Assembly: GCA_010405405.1 (NCBI GenBank) | Contig: MU004237.1 | Coordinates: 1,189,345 to 1,253,344 of the forward strand | Source of the DNA: Microthyrium microscopicum | Lineage: Eukaryota | Direction: 5' to 3' | Length of the DNA stretch: 64,000 bases | Part shown: positions 49,640 to 60,767 of the stretch, one piece after another | How the letters are laid out: every line of letters starts with the position of its first letter | Position numbering within the stretch: position 1 is the stretch's first letter | The notes under the pieces: model-generated | The model's database searches: none | What the model was told of the DNA's origin: nothing | The model's input: only the letters and a program-made list of their open reading frames with translations | Program-made: the position numbers and the translations under genes

Positions 49640-50402
49640 ATGTCTTCAGACTCTGAAGCGCCCGATGCCGAGGCGATCTTGAAGACCATAGGCAGATTCC
49701 CGGAGTATGAAAAGGAGCTACATAAATCCTTGACTCGAGCGGAAAGACAACAGGCAAGAGTCGAGAAATTAACTCTGGAAATCGGAATCCTTTTAGCTAG
49801 ACCACGATCTACCAAAAAAGCCCAGGAGACAGTGCTAGACCATGGCGATGATGAGAGAACCGATGATGACGACCATGGTGATGACATGGAAGATGACGAT
49901 GAAATGGAAGATGATGAGATATCGGACGTTGATGAAGAAACCATAGAGTTCTCGCCACTATCAAATTATACAAGAATGGCTGCTGATTGTCGTAGGATGA
50001 TGCATTTACAACTGATGCTGGAAGTCTGAGCAGGTTAGGCTGTGACGCTGCGGACGCCGCCTACCATACTCATGTGGTCATTAAGAATACGGTATGCATG
50101 TTGGAAAGCACTCGTATGCTCATAAAAGACGGCTATGATTTGAAGTCTCCTGGAAGGGAATGGATTTCTCTGCGCTATGCACGGCATATGATACAAGTCG
50201 TGGAGGAGATGATTCTAAGTCTTCGACAGAAGATCCGGCTCTATGAGCAGTACGTTGTGTATTTACCTTATGAGATGTCTCAAGAGATTTTGATAATGCT
50301 GACCAGTAAAGAGCTAAGCAGTACGCCTTCGATCATGCTGCTACAGTGCCAGGCTTCGAAAAGCTGATGGAAAGGTCAGGTCTTCTGATGCATAGGAGAT
50401 GA
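49640..50402 (+). pseudogene. Tandem paralog B, apparent 1-nt frameshift near 50025-50035
   Basis: Aligns to copy A on both sides of the break (MMHLQLMLE vs MKYLRLMVE; CMLESTR vs CRLESTR; AKQYAFDHAATVPGFE vs AKQYVDDYAATVTGLE), but has 11 nt where copy A has 12. Confidence 0.5.
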
Positions 50403-50448
50403 GTCTCATAGAATAGATGCTTAGATTTGAATTACCATGATTGTAACC

Positions 50449-51432
50449 TCATTTTTCCTTCAGTATATTTTCAAATATGGGGATGCCGTGAACTCCAAAA
50501 GCTGTACCAACTCCAACTATCTTAGCTCCGGCAGCTTGCATTCTGTCGAATCCAGGTCGATCACTAACACCCCCAATGCCAATCACTTGTATATGCGAAA
50601 GGGCAGGGTTGGAATCCAGGAGCTTTCGTATGAGTTTAACATTTCCCAGAGCAAGAGCATGTAGTGGAGCTCCGGCAAGTCCTCCAATTCCCGTTCCATC
50701 CGCAGAATTGAGTTGAGGCTTGAGTTGAGCGTCAAGTAAAAGGGAGCAACCAATTGTGTTTGTAGCAGTGATGAAATGTAGCGGTATGCCAAGTTTCTTG
50801 GAGGTTCCTTCTCCAATTACAAAGCTCTCAAAGGCCCGTCTCAATATCGTGAAATTTTCCGGATTCGAATATGGTGGTGTCTTGACTCCAATAAGTAAAG
50901 ATGTCCCTGAAGGCACGTCTTTGAGGCACCCCAAATACTCGGTAAGCCCTTCAAGAGTAAAGGCTGGAGGAGGCTTGCCGCCAATGTTTGGACATGAAAG
51001 GTTTATTTCTACCAATAATGTAGCCTTGATTTCCTTCTGTAGACCATCAATCAGGTTTATGCTTTGGATGATCTCGTCTGTTGCGCCAGTGATGGAAACA
51101 ATGACCGGTTTTTGTTTCTTATCGTCCCGGTCTGTACTCTCAAGAATGATCTGTTTAATAGTCTCGAGCGTCTGTGATAATGGAATTGGGCTATATCCGA
51201 GAGTGTTTAGGCTCGCAGATACAGCTTTGGACTTATTTGAATTAGAAAAGGAGGGATCAAAAAGCCCATACTGATGGATGCTATCGTCATGCGCAAAACC
51301 AGCGAGTGTAGACGTTCTCACTGTTATCGCACCAATGAAGGGACATTCGTATAGATCTCGCAGTTGTGCGATACCTGTAGCCCATGGATTGGACGAATTG
51401 ATCAATGGGGGATCGATGACAAGATCTTCCAT
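50449..51432 (-). CDS. Class-1 dihydroorotate dehydrogenase-like FMN enzyme (possibly dihydrouracil oxidase), intronless
   Basis: LINSSNPWA, SLNTLGYSP, EINLSCPN (catalytic Cys), KTPPY, TNTIG, GGLAG, IGIGGV. No N-terminal mitochondrial or transmembrane extension as in class 2 Ura9. Confidence 0.85.
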   Translation of the reverse strand: MEDLVIDPPLINSSNPWATGIAQLRDLYECPFIGAITVRTSTLAGFAHDDSIHQYGLFDPSFSNSNKSKAVSASLNTLGYSPIPLSQTLETIKQIILESTDRDDKKQKPVIVSITGATDEIIQSINLIDGLQKEIKATLLVEINLSCPNIGGKPPPAFTLEGLTEYLGCLKDVPSGTSLLIGVKTPPYSNPENFTILRRAFESFVIGEGTSKKLGIPLHFITATNTIGCSLLLDAQLKPQLNSADGTGIGGLAGAPLHALALGNVKLIRKLLDSNPALSHIQVIGIGGVSDRPGFDRMQAAGAKIVGVGTAFGVHGIPIFENILKEK

Positions 51433-51487
51433 TGAGAACTGAAGCTATCTGCAGAGGCCAAAGAGTGCAAATTCAAATACACAGATT

Positions 51488-51579
51488 GATAGAGAGAAGT
51501 AAAAGAAAGATTGGAAATCGTCTGAAAGTACGATACCAAGATAGGATGAAAGTGTCGATAAAGGAGAAGATAAGATAAG
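51488..51579. promoter_or_regulatory. Cluster of GATA (HGATAR) sites upstream of the DHOD-like gene
   Basis: TGATAG at about 51488, AGATAG at about 51539, CGATAA at about 51556, AGATAAGATAAG at about 51568-51579. Confidence 0.5.
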
Positions 51580-51779
51580 ATTGTCGCTGATCACGCTAGC
51601 TTGAGACGGTTAGACCTGATGTAGGCTTCCAACCACCCAAAGTCAACTTGATGAGACGCGATGCTCACTACACTTACCGGGTCAAAAAAAATGATACTAT
51701 TGCTTCTCCAGGTCGAAGAAGAGTAGAGAAGAAAGAAGAGCTGGGAGTCTGCAAGAGCTGTTGTTTATCATTGCTCGTG

Positions 51780-54700
51780 ATGGCGCTGTCATCTGTGAGC
51801 TGGTCGTTTCTACAAAAAGGACATAATGCTAATGCACATGTAGTGGAAAGCATTCAGATTCTTCGATGTGTCTGAAGTTTCTTTAGGCGACGAAGAGAGA
51901 TCTCTCTTCAGCGATGTGTGTTTTGTCCTTACAAACCACTAACGTATTGCTAATTTTCCACAGCAAAACAATGTAACTTGCGTCACAACGGGCTCCGACA
52001 ATGTTTTCTTCGGCAGCTCCGATGGAACAGTCCGCATTCTGTCATCTGCGTTCAAGATCATTCGATCATTTAAAGCTCATGAGTCTGGTTCTACTACACA
52101 GATGAAGCAGGTTCATGGTACACATTTGCTTGTAACTGTCGCTGAAGATCTGTCAAATGAACCAGTACTCAAAGTCTGGGCCCTTGACAAAGTAGAGAAG
52201 AAATCGGGAACACCACGGTGTCAGTGTACTTTGAGTATACATAATGGACGAAAACAGTTTCCAGTACGAGAACATTTCTTACCTCGGAATTCGCTCTAAC
52301 ATACTCAGATCTCTGCTTTCGCAGCTCTGGATGACCTTTCGCAGCTTGCAGTTGGATTTGCCAATGGTTCAGTCACAGTAGTTCGTGGAGATCTGATCCA
52401 TGATCGCGGCGCCCGACAAAGGACCGTTTTCGAAGGAGAAGAGCCAATCACGGGCATAGAATTCAGAGAAGGCAACATCACAACTCTTTATATCGCCACA
52501 ACAGGTCGGATATCGACTTTAGTAATTTCCGGTCGAGGACAAGGCCAACCAGCTCGAACTTTGGAGGATACTGGATGCGGAGTTGGATGCATGACCATTG
52601 ATAACAATACTCGAGATGTTGTCGTTGCCAGAGAAGATGGCATATACTACTATGGCTTGCACGGACGCGGTCCAGTATTTGCATATGAAGGCCCAAAACA
52701 ATCCATCAGCATTTTCAAAGATTATGTTGCAGTCGTCTCGCCTCCGCAAGCGACACGAACCACATCTACAGTAGCTCGAGCTGCCGCTGCGCCACTGAGA
52801 GCACTGGGAATACATCAAGCTGATGACCCTTTTAGCTCCTCATCGTTCACAGTTCTCAATCCCGACCTCAAGTTTATTGCCCATCAAGAGTCTGTTAAGA
52901 GTCAAATACGGCTTCTTTTCATGGAATGGGGAAATCTTTTCATGCTAACACTGGACGGAAAGGTAAAAGTGATTGTGAGCGTCAAGAAATTGCTTCTAAC
53001 TCCTTATTAGATCTTGAAATATCGAGAAAAGACTTTTCAGCAACAGCTTGAATTGCTTTTCCAGCGAGATCTTTACATGCTGGCCATAAACCTTGCTCAA
53101 AAGCTAGGCGCAGATGTTTCACAACAGAATATAATATATCGCAAGTATGGAGATTATCTGTATCAAAAACAAGATTACGATACTGCAATGCAGCAGTATC
53201 TTCGAGCCATCGATAACACAGAGCCTTCACAGGTCATAAGAAAGGTGGGTCCCCTAGATCGTTAGTTTCGTCTCCTCTAACTTGCCTCGCAGTTTCTCGA
53301 TACCCAAAGAATACACAATCTTATAGACTATCTAGAAGAGCTGCACGACCATCATAAAGCAACTTCCGATCACACAACACTTCTCCTAAATTGCTATGCT
53401 AAGCTAAAAGACGTTGATAAACTCGAAGAATTCATAAAGTCACCGGATGATCTCAAATTCGACCTGGACACTGCCATAAATATGTGTCGACAAGGCGGTT
53501 ATCATGACCAAGCTGCATACCTCGCGCGAAAGCACAATGAACATGATTTAGTTGTTGACATTCTGGTGGAGGATTGTAAGCGATACGATGAAGCTCTTGC
53601 ATACATATGGCGCTGCGAACCTGAAATCGTGAGTAAAATCTAATCGATTGCAGAACATACGCACTAACTCGATAGGCATATCCTAACCTGATGAAATATG
53701 CCACAGTATTTCTTGAGAACTGCTTCGAAGAAGCTACACAGCTCTTCATCGACTATTACACTGGACAGTTCAAGCCGAAAAAGGATGCCGTGATCGTGGC
53801 CCAGAATCCTACTCCTCAACAGGGAGGAATCGGCCGAGCTGCATCAGCAGTACAAAATCTGGCAGCTATGCTCCCTTTGCCATATATGAACGCCCGAGAA
53901 GCCCAACCTCCAGGCCAAAGAGATGCCGCTGTGTACACTCAAGTAGTTGAGGCAAATACGGATGACCCTCCAGCGAAATATGATGTACCAAAACCACGCA
54001 CTGCGTTTTCAGCATTCGTCGATCATCCACAGCAGCTCATCACTTTTCTTGAGGCATGTATTGCTTCGGAAGGATTGCGAGAGGATGATCGAGCTGATCT
54101 GTACACCACACTCTTTGAGATGTACATCCAAACAGCCAATACCAAGAAGGATGAGGACCGCACCTTATGGGAAAACAAAGCCAAAGCTCTCATCGAATCA
54201 AAGAAGGTTCCAATGGATACTTCCAATATTCTCCTTCTTTCCCACCTTTCCAACTTCAAAGATGGAACCATACTCGTTCGAGAGAAGCAAGGTCTCCGCT
54301 TCGACATCTTTCGCTCCTATACCACCGCCCACGACACCGCCGGTGCCATCAAAGCACTTCACAAGTACGGCCCACAAGAACCAGACCTCTATCCAGCCGC
54401 CCTAGCCTACTTCACTTCTTCGCCCGCCATCCTCGCCGAAGCTGGCTCCGAGCTCGACGCCGTCCTAGCCAAAATAGATACCGATGGCCTCATGGCTCCC
54501 CTACAAGTCGTCCAAACTCTCTCCGCTAATGGTGTCGCCACCATGGGTCTTCTCAAGAAATATCTCGGCGCCACCATTGAACGTGAGCGCGCAGAAATCG
54601 CACAGAATCGTCGCCTCATTGACACGTATCGTGACGATACGGCCGCTAAGACGGCAGACATGCACGAACTGGCTAGCCGACCGACGGCATTCAATGCGAC

Positions 54701-55046
54701 GAGATGTCAGGCGTGCTCGAGGACACTGGAGCTGCCGATTGTGCACTTTTTGTGCAAGCATAGCTTCCATCAGTCATGTCTGAATGCGCCTGCCGATGGT
54801 GTGCAGAACGCGGGGATGCCAGTGGTGGGTCTGGGCATGCCGGATGCAGAAGACAAGAGAGTCGAGTGTCCGCTGTGCGCAGCGGATAATGCGACGGTCA
54901 AAGCGATTAGGCAGGCGCAGCAGGAAAGTGCGAGTCGGCATGACTTGTTTTTGGATGCGTTGGGACGGTCAAGTGATAAGTTTGGGACAGTGAGTGAGTG
55001 GTTTGGAAGAGGAGTTATGAGTGCTGGTGTCGATGGGTCGTCGTAG
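51780..55046 (+). CDS. VPS11: Vacuolar protein sorting protein 11 (Pep5), HOPS/CORVET core subunit
   Basis: Seven exons. WKAFRFFDV, VTVAED...VLKVWALDK, RGDLIHDRG, KYGDYLY, EPSQVIRKFLD; C-terminal RING (CQAC...VHFLCKHSFHQSC...CPLC). Confidence 0.95.
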
Positions 55047-55421
55047 ACTTTTAAGTGTGTTGGAACAGGTGACGGCGCTGTTCGAGTTATAACTAGAAGT
55101 TTCTCATTTTCAGATCAGGTCAGCTTGGATTCAGAGAGTGCTAAAGGCCAATTTATTCGGCCCACATGGTTAAGTCTAAACTTATGCACGCCAATAGCAG
55201 AGGTTATTAGTGAAGTTCAAAAGGCGCCCTGTACTGATGACTGTACATTCATTCTTCGCTAACTATTAATTTCGACCCGTCCTTCTATAACTTGATGGCC
55301 CGCTGAAATCCCGCTATGATTATACACATGAGCCTAATCGACTCTCAATACTCGTACAAGTACAACTAGCAATAAGTGTCGCCTTCATTAAGACTCAACC
55401 GAAAACACAAAGAACCAGCAC

Positions 55422-56580
55422 CTATTCGCACATTTCATCCGACACTTCTTCATCTTGTGAAAAGAAATCCTCAAGACACTCATCATCTTCTGTCATAAGT
55501 TTCTGACCAGCCTCAAGACCTGCACCTTCAGGCAATCCAACCTGAATGCCCTTCTCGTACAACTTCTGATGCAGATCAGCAAAGAAGAGAGCAATCTCTA
55601 TCTTCTCCACCTCCTGAGCACGCTGTACCCAGAGAAGCCGCAATCGCCGTGATTTTCGATACAATCTATCCTCAATCACCTTATTCTTCAGATCACCAGC
55701 CTCATCCACCATCTTAATGAGTTTCTTCCACGCCAGGAAAGCACATCGAAGATAGTAAAGCACAATATCGTCACTAATACCCACAGCATCGATGATGAGG
55801 AGACAAAAGTCGATGGTGACGAGCGGTGGACAGCCTGGCTCACTCATCCATTTGACTGCGAGGCGAACTGCTTCCATAGCCTCTCCGTTTTGTGCGATTT
55901 TGAGACATTTGGAACGTTTTCTGTCGTGCCAGAAGGTGTCTGCTTTCACAACATTTTTGCCCACTGGGCGACGGGTGGTGAGGTAGGTGCGGCGGAAGTA
56001 TTCGAAGTCCCCATTGTTGTTATTGGCGCTGGAGTTGTTGTCATCATCACTATCATCAATGACATGTTTGTTAGACTTAGTTTTTGGTGTGCTAGTAATG
56101 ACCTCCTTCGTGTTGGATTTGGTCACTTTAGACTTGTTGGTATGTTTGTTTTCGCTGGATGGTTTGTGGGATGTTTTTGAGTCGGCGAAGGTGACTTTGG
56201 AGGTGGTGGCCTTAGATGTGTAGACAGGAAGGCGGTTTTCCTTGTCCTTCTCAATTTCGTCTTCAGATGGTGGCTCTGACGGATAGTCCATAGCCATCCA
56301 CTGCCGATTATCTTGTTCCTGCTCTTCAAACAACGAGTCATATGCCTTCCTACTTGCGTCGTCCATTCGAAGGTACCATAGGCTGTTTCGATAGTCATAT
56401 AAGTCATCCAGTATTGGACCGCCAAATAGCCCCGCTCGATAGCCATGTTGGCTGAAGATTGGACTGAACGTTCCCTGGTAATCAGCCTAAACAGTGTAAG
56501 TATTAATGTCATTAAAACTCGTTATATGTACTTACTTGATAATTGGAATACTCGGGCTTCTTTCGCATCATTTGCTGCAT
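55422..56580 (-). CDS. Hypothetical protein (2 exons)
   Basis: Exon 56580-56536 (GTAAGT donor) splices in frame to 56486-55422; no recognisable domain. Confidence 0.65.
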
Positions 56581-56700
56581 CTTGAACCGCAATGAGAGAG
56601 ATTCAGTAATGATGAAAGTGTGTTGTTGCTGTCGTGGTGGAGACGGGGCGGAATTGTGATGTGTAAAGTTGAAGAAATATGGTTTCGATCTCGTTTTAAA

Positions 56701-56726
56701 ACGCGTTAATCGCACGTAGCACGCGT
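56701..56726. promoter_or_regulatory. Two MCB elements upstream of the orphan gene
   Basis: ACGCGT at 56701-56706 and 56721-56726. Confidence 0.55.
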
Positions 56727-57610
56727 GCCTTCCTTCTGTGACTACCTAAGAATTGCCTAGCTCTTTCCTAATCCTGAGGTGTGCGCAAATATCGCTCTTA
56801 AATTGCTGTTATCAATCCAGTTTTTGAGTCCAGAATCAAAATTCTTGCAAAGCATATACCTAATGATATCGCTGTAAGAACTAATTCTAGGCTTAGATAT
56901 ACCAACAAGACTTCATCTGGGTTAGCTTTCATGACTGTACATGTTGTGTTGTGCTGTATATGCTTCAGTGTTTGAAATCAGCTCTTGGCAATCTAGGGGA
57001 GCACTTTATAAACCTACGAACACCCGACCCGTTTTCACTCCTGTTTGAACTGTTTTGAAGATAAGTATTTCACTAAAGACTTTGCGAGGTCATCATTGTA
57101 CTGTGCTCTCCAACATTCACTGGTTTCCTATCATCGGGTTAAGGTCATATAGTGTCACTAATTTTGCTGCCTATTGTCCAAAGTCTTGAAACGAATTGTC
57201 GTGCATCTAATATCGGACCAGGTCGGATTTTTGCTGAAACATCTATCTACAGGTCCTTGGTGAGTAGGGCTGTAGTTGAAGATCGCTCCCGTTTGGGAAG
57301 GCACGATGAACTCTCTGATGTTTAGTGCAAATTTTTTGCCAAGCCGCGAACCATCAACAGCTTGATATCGAGTTTATTCCAGGTCTTGATTGAGCGACAA
57401 CTATGTTGATTGCCACCATATATATTAGTATGTGCTATGTGCTCCATCAACTCCAATAATTGTCGATACTCGAGTCAGGGGCTGGCACAATCTCTATGCT
57501 CTTAAACTCAGCCACACTGCCCAGTACTGTCCTATGTCTCCGTTCGAGTCTGCAGAATGAATGCCGCTTGCTAAATCCATGACAACCTGGGCTAAAATGC
57601 CTTTTTGACT

Positions 57611-58766
57611 TCAAGATTCAGAGTTCTCTACTCCTGGTCCATTGCTAGCTTCCGCGATGCTTTCTAGCGGAACACCATTCAGAGCCGCCATTCGCTCCTC
57701 TTCTTTACGCAACCGCAGAGCCTCAGTCTCTCTACGCATTGCAGCGAGATTCCACGCGCCATCGTCCTCATCGTCTTCATCATCACTGCCTGCCAGTTCA
57801 CCACGTTCAAACATGGCTTTACCAGTCGCATCCTTCATCTTTTCTCCTGCTATTTCGGCAGCTTTCTTGTCCATACGATTCTTTTTCCAGATTGCAAATG
57901 AATCCGGTGTAATGGGCGTCAAGTCGCCCGTCAGTCTATGTCGTTCATTATCCAAGAAGTCCTCGAGAGTAATGGCGTTGGCCGCGTTCTTATTACGATT
58001 CGCAAGCTCTGCCGCCCGCTCAGCCTTGGTACGTAGCTTGAAACCTGGTGGTAAATTGTGGCGGTACATGCACTTGTCGTTGCCATTCGGACAGTTCCAG
58101 AACCAGCCGTATTTTTCGTTCTCGACCGCCTCAATGAAGAATTTGCACACCTTGTCTGTTGTCGTCCGTGGGTTGCCACCCTTCGACTTTACTACTTCGC
58201 GTAGCTTCTCTTCGTCCCAGTTGGCCATCTCGTCCTTCTCCTTTTCTTCCTTGTTGGTGTCTGTGTATAGCGACTTTTTCTCGACTTTGCGCTCCACCGT
58301 AAGATCGTGCGAGAATTTACATTTCTTGCCTAGCCGGTTTGTCAGAAATTGCGAGGTTGGTTGCCAGAATGTATGTAAACATACCCTTTTCACAGTTCCC
58401 TGCTTTAAAAAACTGGCATAGCACCGTCTTGGGATCTACCCCAAACGGCACTTTCTGCACCTGTACGGGCTTGAACAATTCTGCCGCTTCGCGCTTTGCT
58501 TGTTCCGCCGCAGCCTTTTCTCGTTCCCGTTGTGCCTTTTCTGCATCCTTCCGTTTCTGATCGGGTGTTTTGCCCGAGGCCGCGGTGGCCTCGATCTGTC
58601 TCTTCACTTTTTGGGCAACGGATCCTTTTTTCTACGATTTGTGTGAGTTGCGTGATTCGCGAGCGAAGAAGGTAGGGAAGGGGGCGTGTACGTTTTTCAT
58701 GCCAAAGGTCTTGTCAATGGCGACCTTGTCCTTGGCCTTGGGCTGGTCTTTGCCTTTGGGCGCCAT
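57611..58766 (-). CDS. TMA46: Translation machinery-associated protein 46 (DFRP1/ZC3H15), tandem CCCH zinc fingers
   Basis: Three exons. [68 protein letters not shown]. Confidence 0.94.
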
Positions 58767-59148
58767 GATTGCGGATATTCGACGTCTGAGAAATGGGGGA
58801 GGTTCGTGTGAGTATGGAATATGTGTGCGCGAAGGCAGAGGGCGGTGGCGACTTTGGTGGTTGCGTTGTGCGTGTCTAGATTTATATGTAAGGATTCTCA
58901 GTTGATGCTGTGACGAAGGTGGAGAGGGGCTCCAGATATTCACTCGAGCGATTTCTGGTGGGGGGCTCCCGAATGTTATTTTTAGTGGCGTTTTTATGGA
59001 CAGGGGTCTGTTGGCTGCGACTAAAAAGTTTAGAGATTGAACCTCGAAGCTTCATCAATTGACCAACCCGCTCAAATCACGTCCTGCACCTCGATATTCG
59101 TCCTTCCAGTTTCGCAATTGCCTCATCGACCATACTCAGCGCTTACTG

Positions 59149-60321
59149 ATGGTCAGAAGGATCGCATCGGCGATCTACGCGGTGAAGAGTGCGTCGAAAG
59201 GGGCGCTACAACCAAAGCATGAGTTAGCTAAACAGCAACATGCCGCAATGGTGCAGGCTCGAAAAGCAGTACTGGGCTTCACCGAAAGACTGAGTCAGCT
59301 CAAATAGTGCTGAGATACATCAATCAGCTAACAACAGCAGGACAATTGAAGGCACAGGAGGAGACGAAAAGCAAACCGACTACATCCGACGAAAATACCG
59401 GACTGGATATTCAGAATAAGGCTATAAAGGAATCGACAGACGAACTACGCGTGAAGACTCAATCACGAGAAAACGAAGATGTCGACTCCCAAAACGCTGC
59501 GATGGAACCGCCGGATGATGCAAATGCAGAGGAAGCCGCGCATGAAATTACAAAACAGGCACTGCCATCAAACATGGCACGTCCTGTGCTGCTTGCTAGA
59601 GCCAAGGAAGAGGGGGTAGCTCATTTCCCAGTTGGCCACAAGGAGATACATTTGTGAGTACCACTCCCGCATCTTGATAGAAGGCCTCCTACTAACTCAT
59701 CTCAAGACCTGATGTCAAAGTTATCCTTCTGCGCACTCCCGAACTTCATCCTCGATTCGCCAAATTCGAAGTTCCCTTGACATTTACCAAGCTCGACCTA
59801 CGAGATTTCCTGTGGCATGGATATCAAGTGCGAGCGCTCAACGTACGCTCCTGGGTATTTCAAAGGCCGGTGCAACTCTTGAGACCAGGACTAGACAAGA
59901 AATTAGGCATTCAAGGCGACCATAACAAGTGGGGACGAAAACAGGCTTTAAAGTATATGATCATCGAGATGGATGAGCCTTTTATATGGCCGGAAATGCC
60001 AGAAGATATGACATTGTATGTTCAAACTCTTTGTTTGGTGTGGGATAGATTTCTAATTGATGAACTAGATTTGATAAAGAACATGCTGATGACAGGATGG
60101 TTCAACCAAAGTGGACAGATGATGGCAAAGTCGACTGGGTTCGGGGGAGCAACGCAATTCAAGGCTTGAAGGAGAAGAGGGAAGATTTGGCTGAACAGGC
60201 TCAGAAGCTGTTGAGTGGTAGAGCTAGGAGGAATCCAAATCTCGCAAGACAGATTCCTTTGCTCAAGTACTCGGAGTATACGCATTTACATCGGAAGCTG
60301 GATCAAACGGCGCTGGATTAG
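59149..60321 (+). CDS. MRP20: Mitochondrial ribosomal protein L23 (uL23m, Mrp20)
   Basis: Four inferred exons; the first intron boundary is uncertain. FPVGHKEIHLP, AKFEVPLTFTKLDLRDFLWHGYQV, KYMIIEMDEPFIWPE. Confidence 0.8.
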
Positions 60322-60767
60322 ACACCAAATGTTGGAAGGGGAGCTGATTGTTGTATGATACTGAGTCCTGAGTCGTGCCTGCGAGCAAGAGCGTCTTTGG
60401 GAGCCATGTACATTATGGAGAATATTTACGCCACTACATTGGTGTTAATTGAATTCATTATTCGATTACTGCTGTTTTGCCCTCATGCTTTAGATGAAGT
60501 CACATCTAATTACGGTAGTAGCTAAATACATACTAGTAGGAGTTGAGTGACTGGAGAGCAGTAGAGTACTCTAGCTCTTGAGCAATTCAGCATCAAAACC
60601 TCATAGCCCCCACCTCGCCCCACTGCCTCGGTGACTCAATTGTTACCCCTTGGTATCAACATTCTACCAGATTTAATAGCCATCGCTCATTGACTCATTC
60701 TCTTATACTTCCTTTCAAATATCAAAACGCGACCTGCACGCCTAGCAACACTGAACACATCGCAAAC

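Noticed and set aside
57642..58421. Long antisense and alternate-frame ORFs (e.g. 259 aa opposite TMA46, 237 aa at 6761-7474, 222 aa at 46555-47223)
   Set aside because: Shadows of real genes, with no independent motifs.
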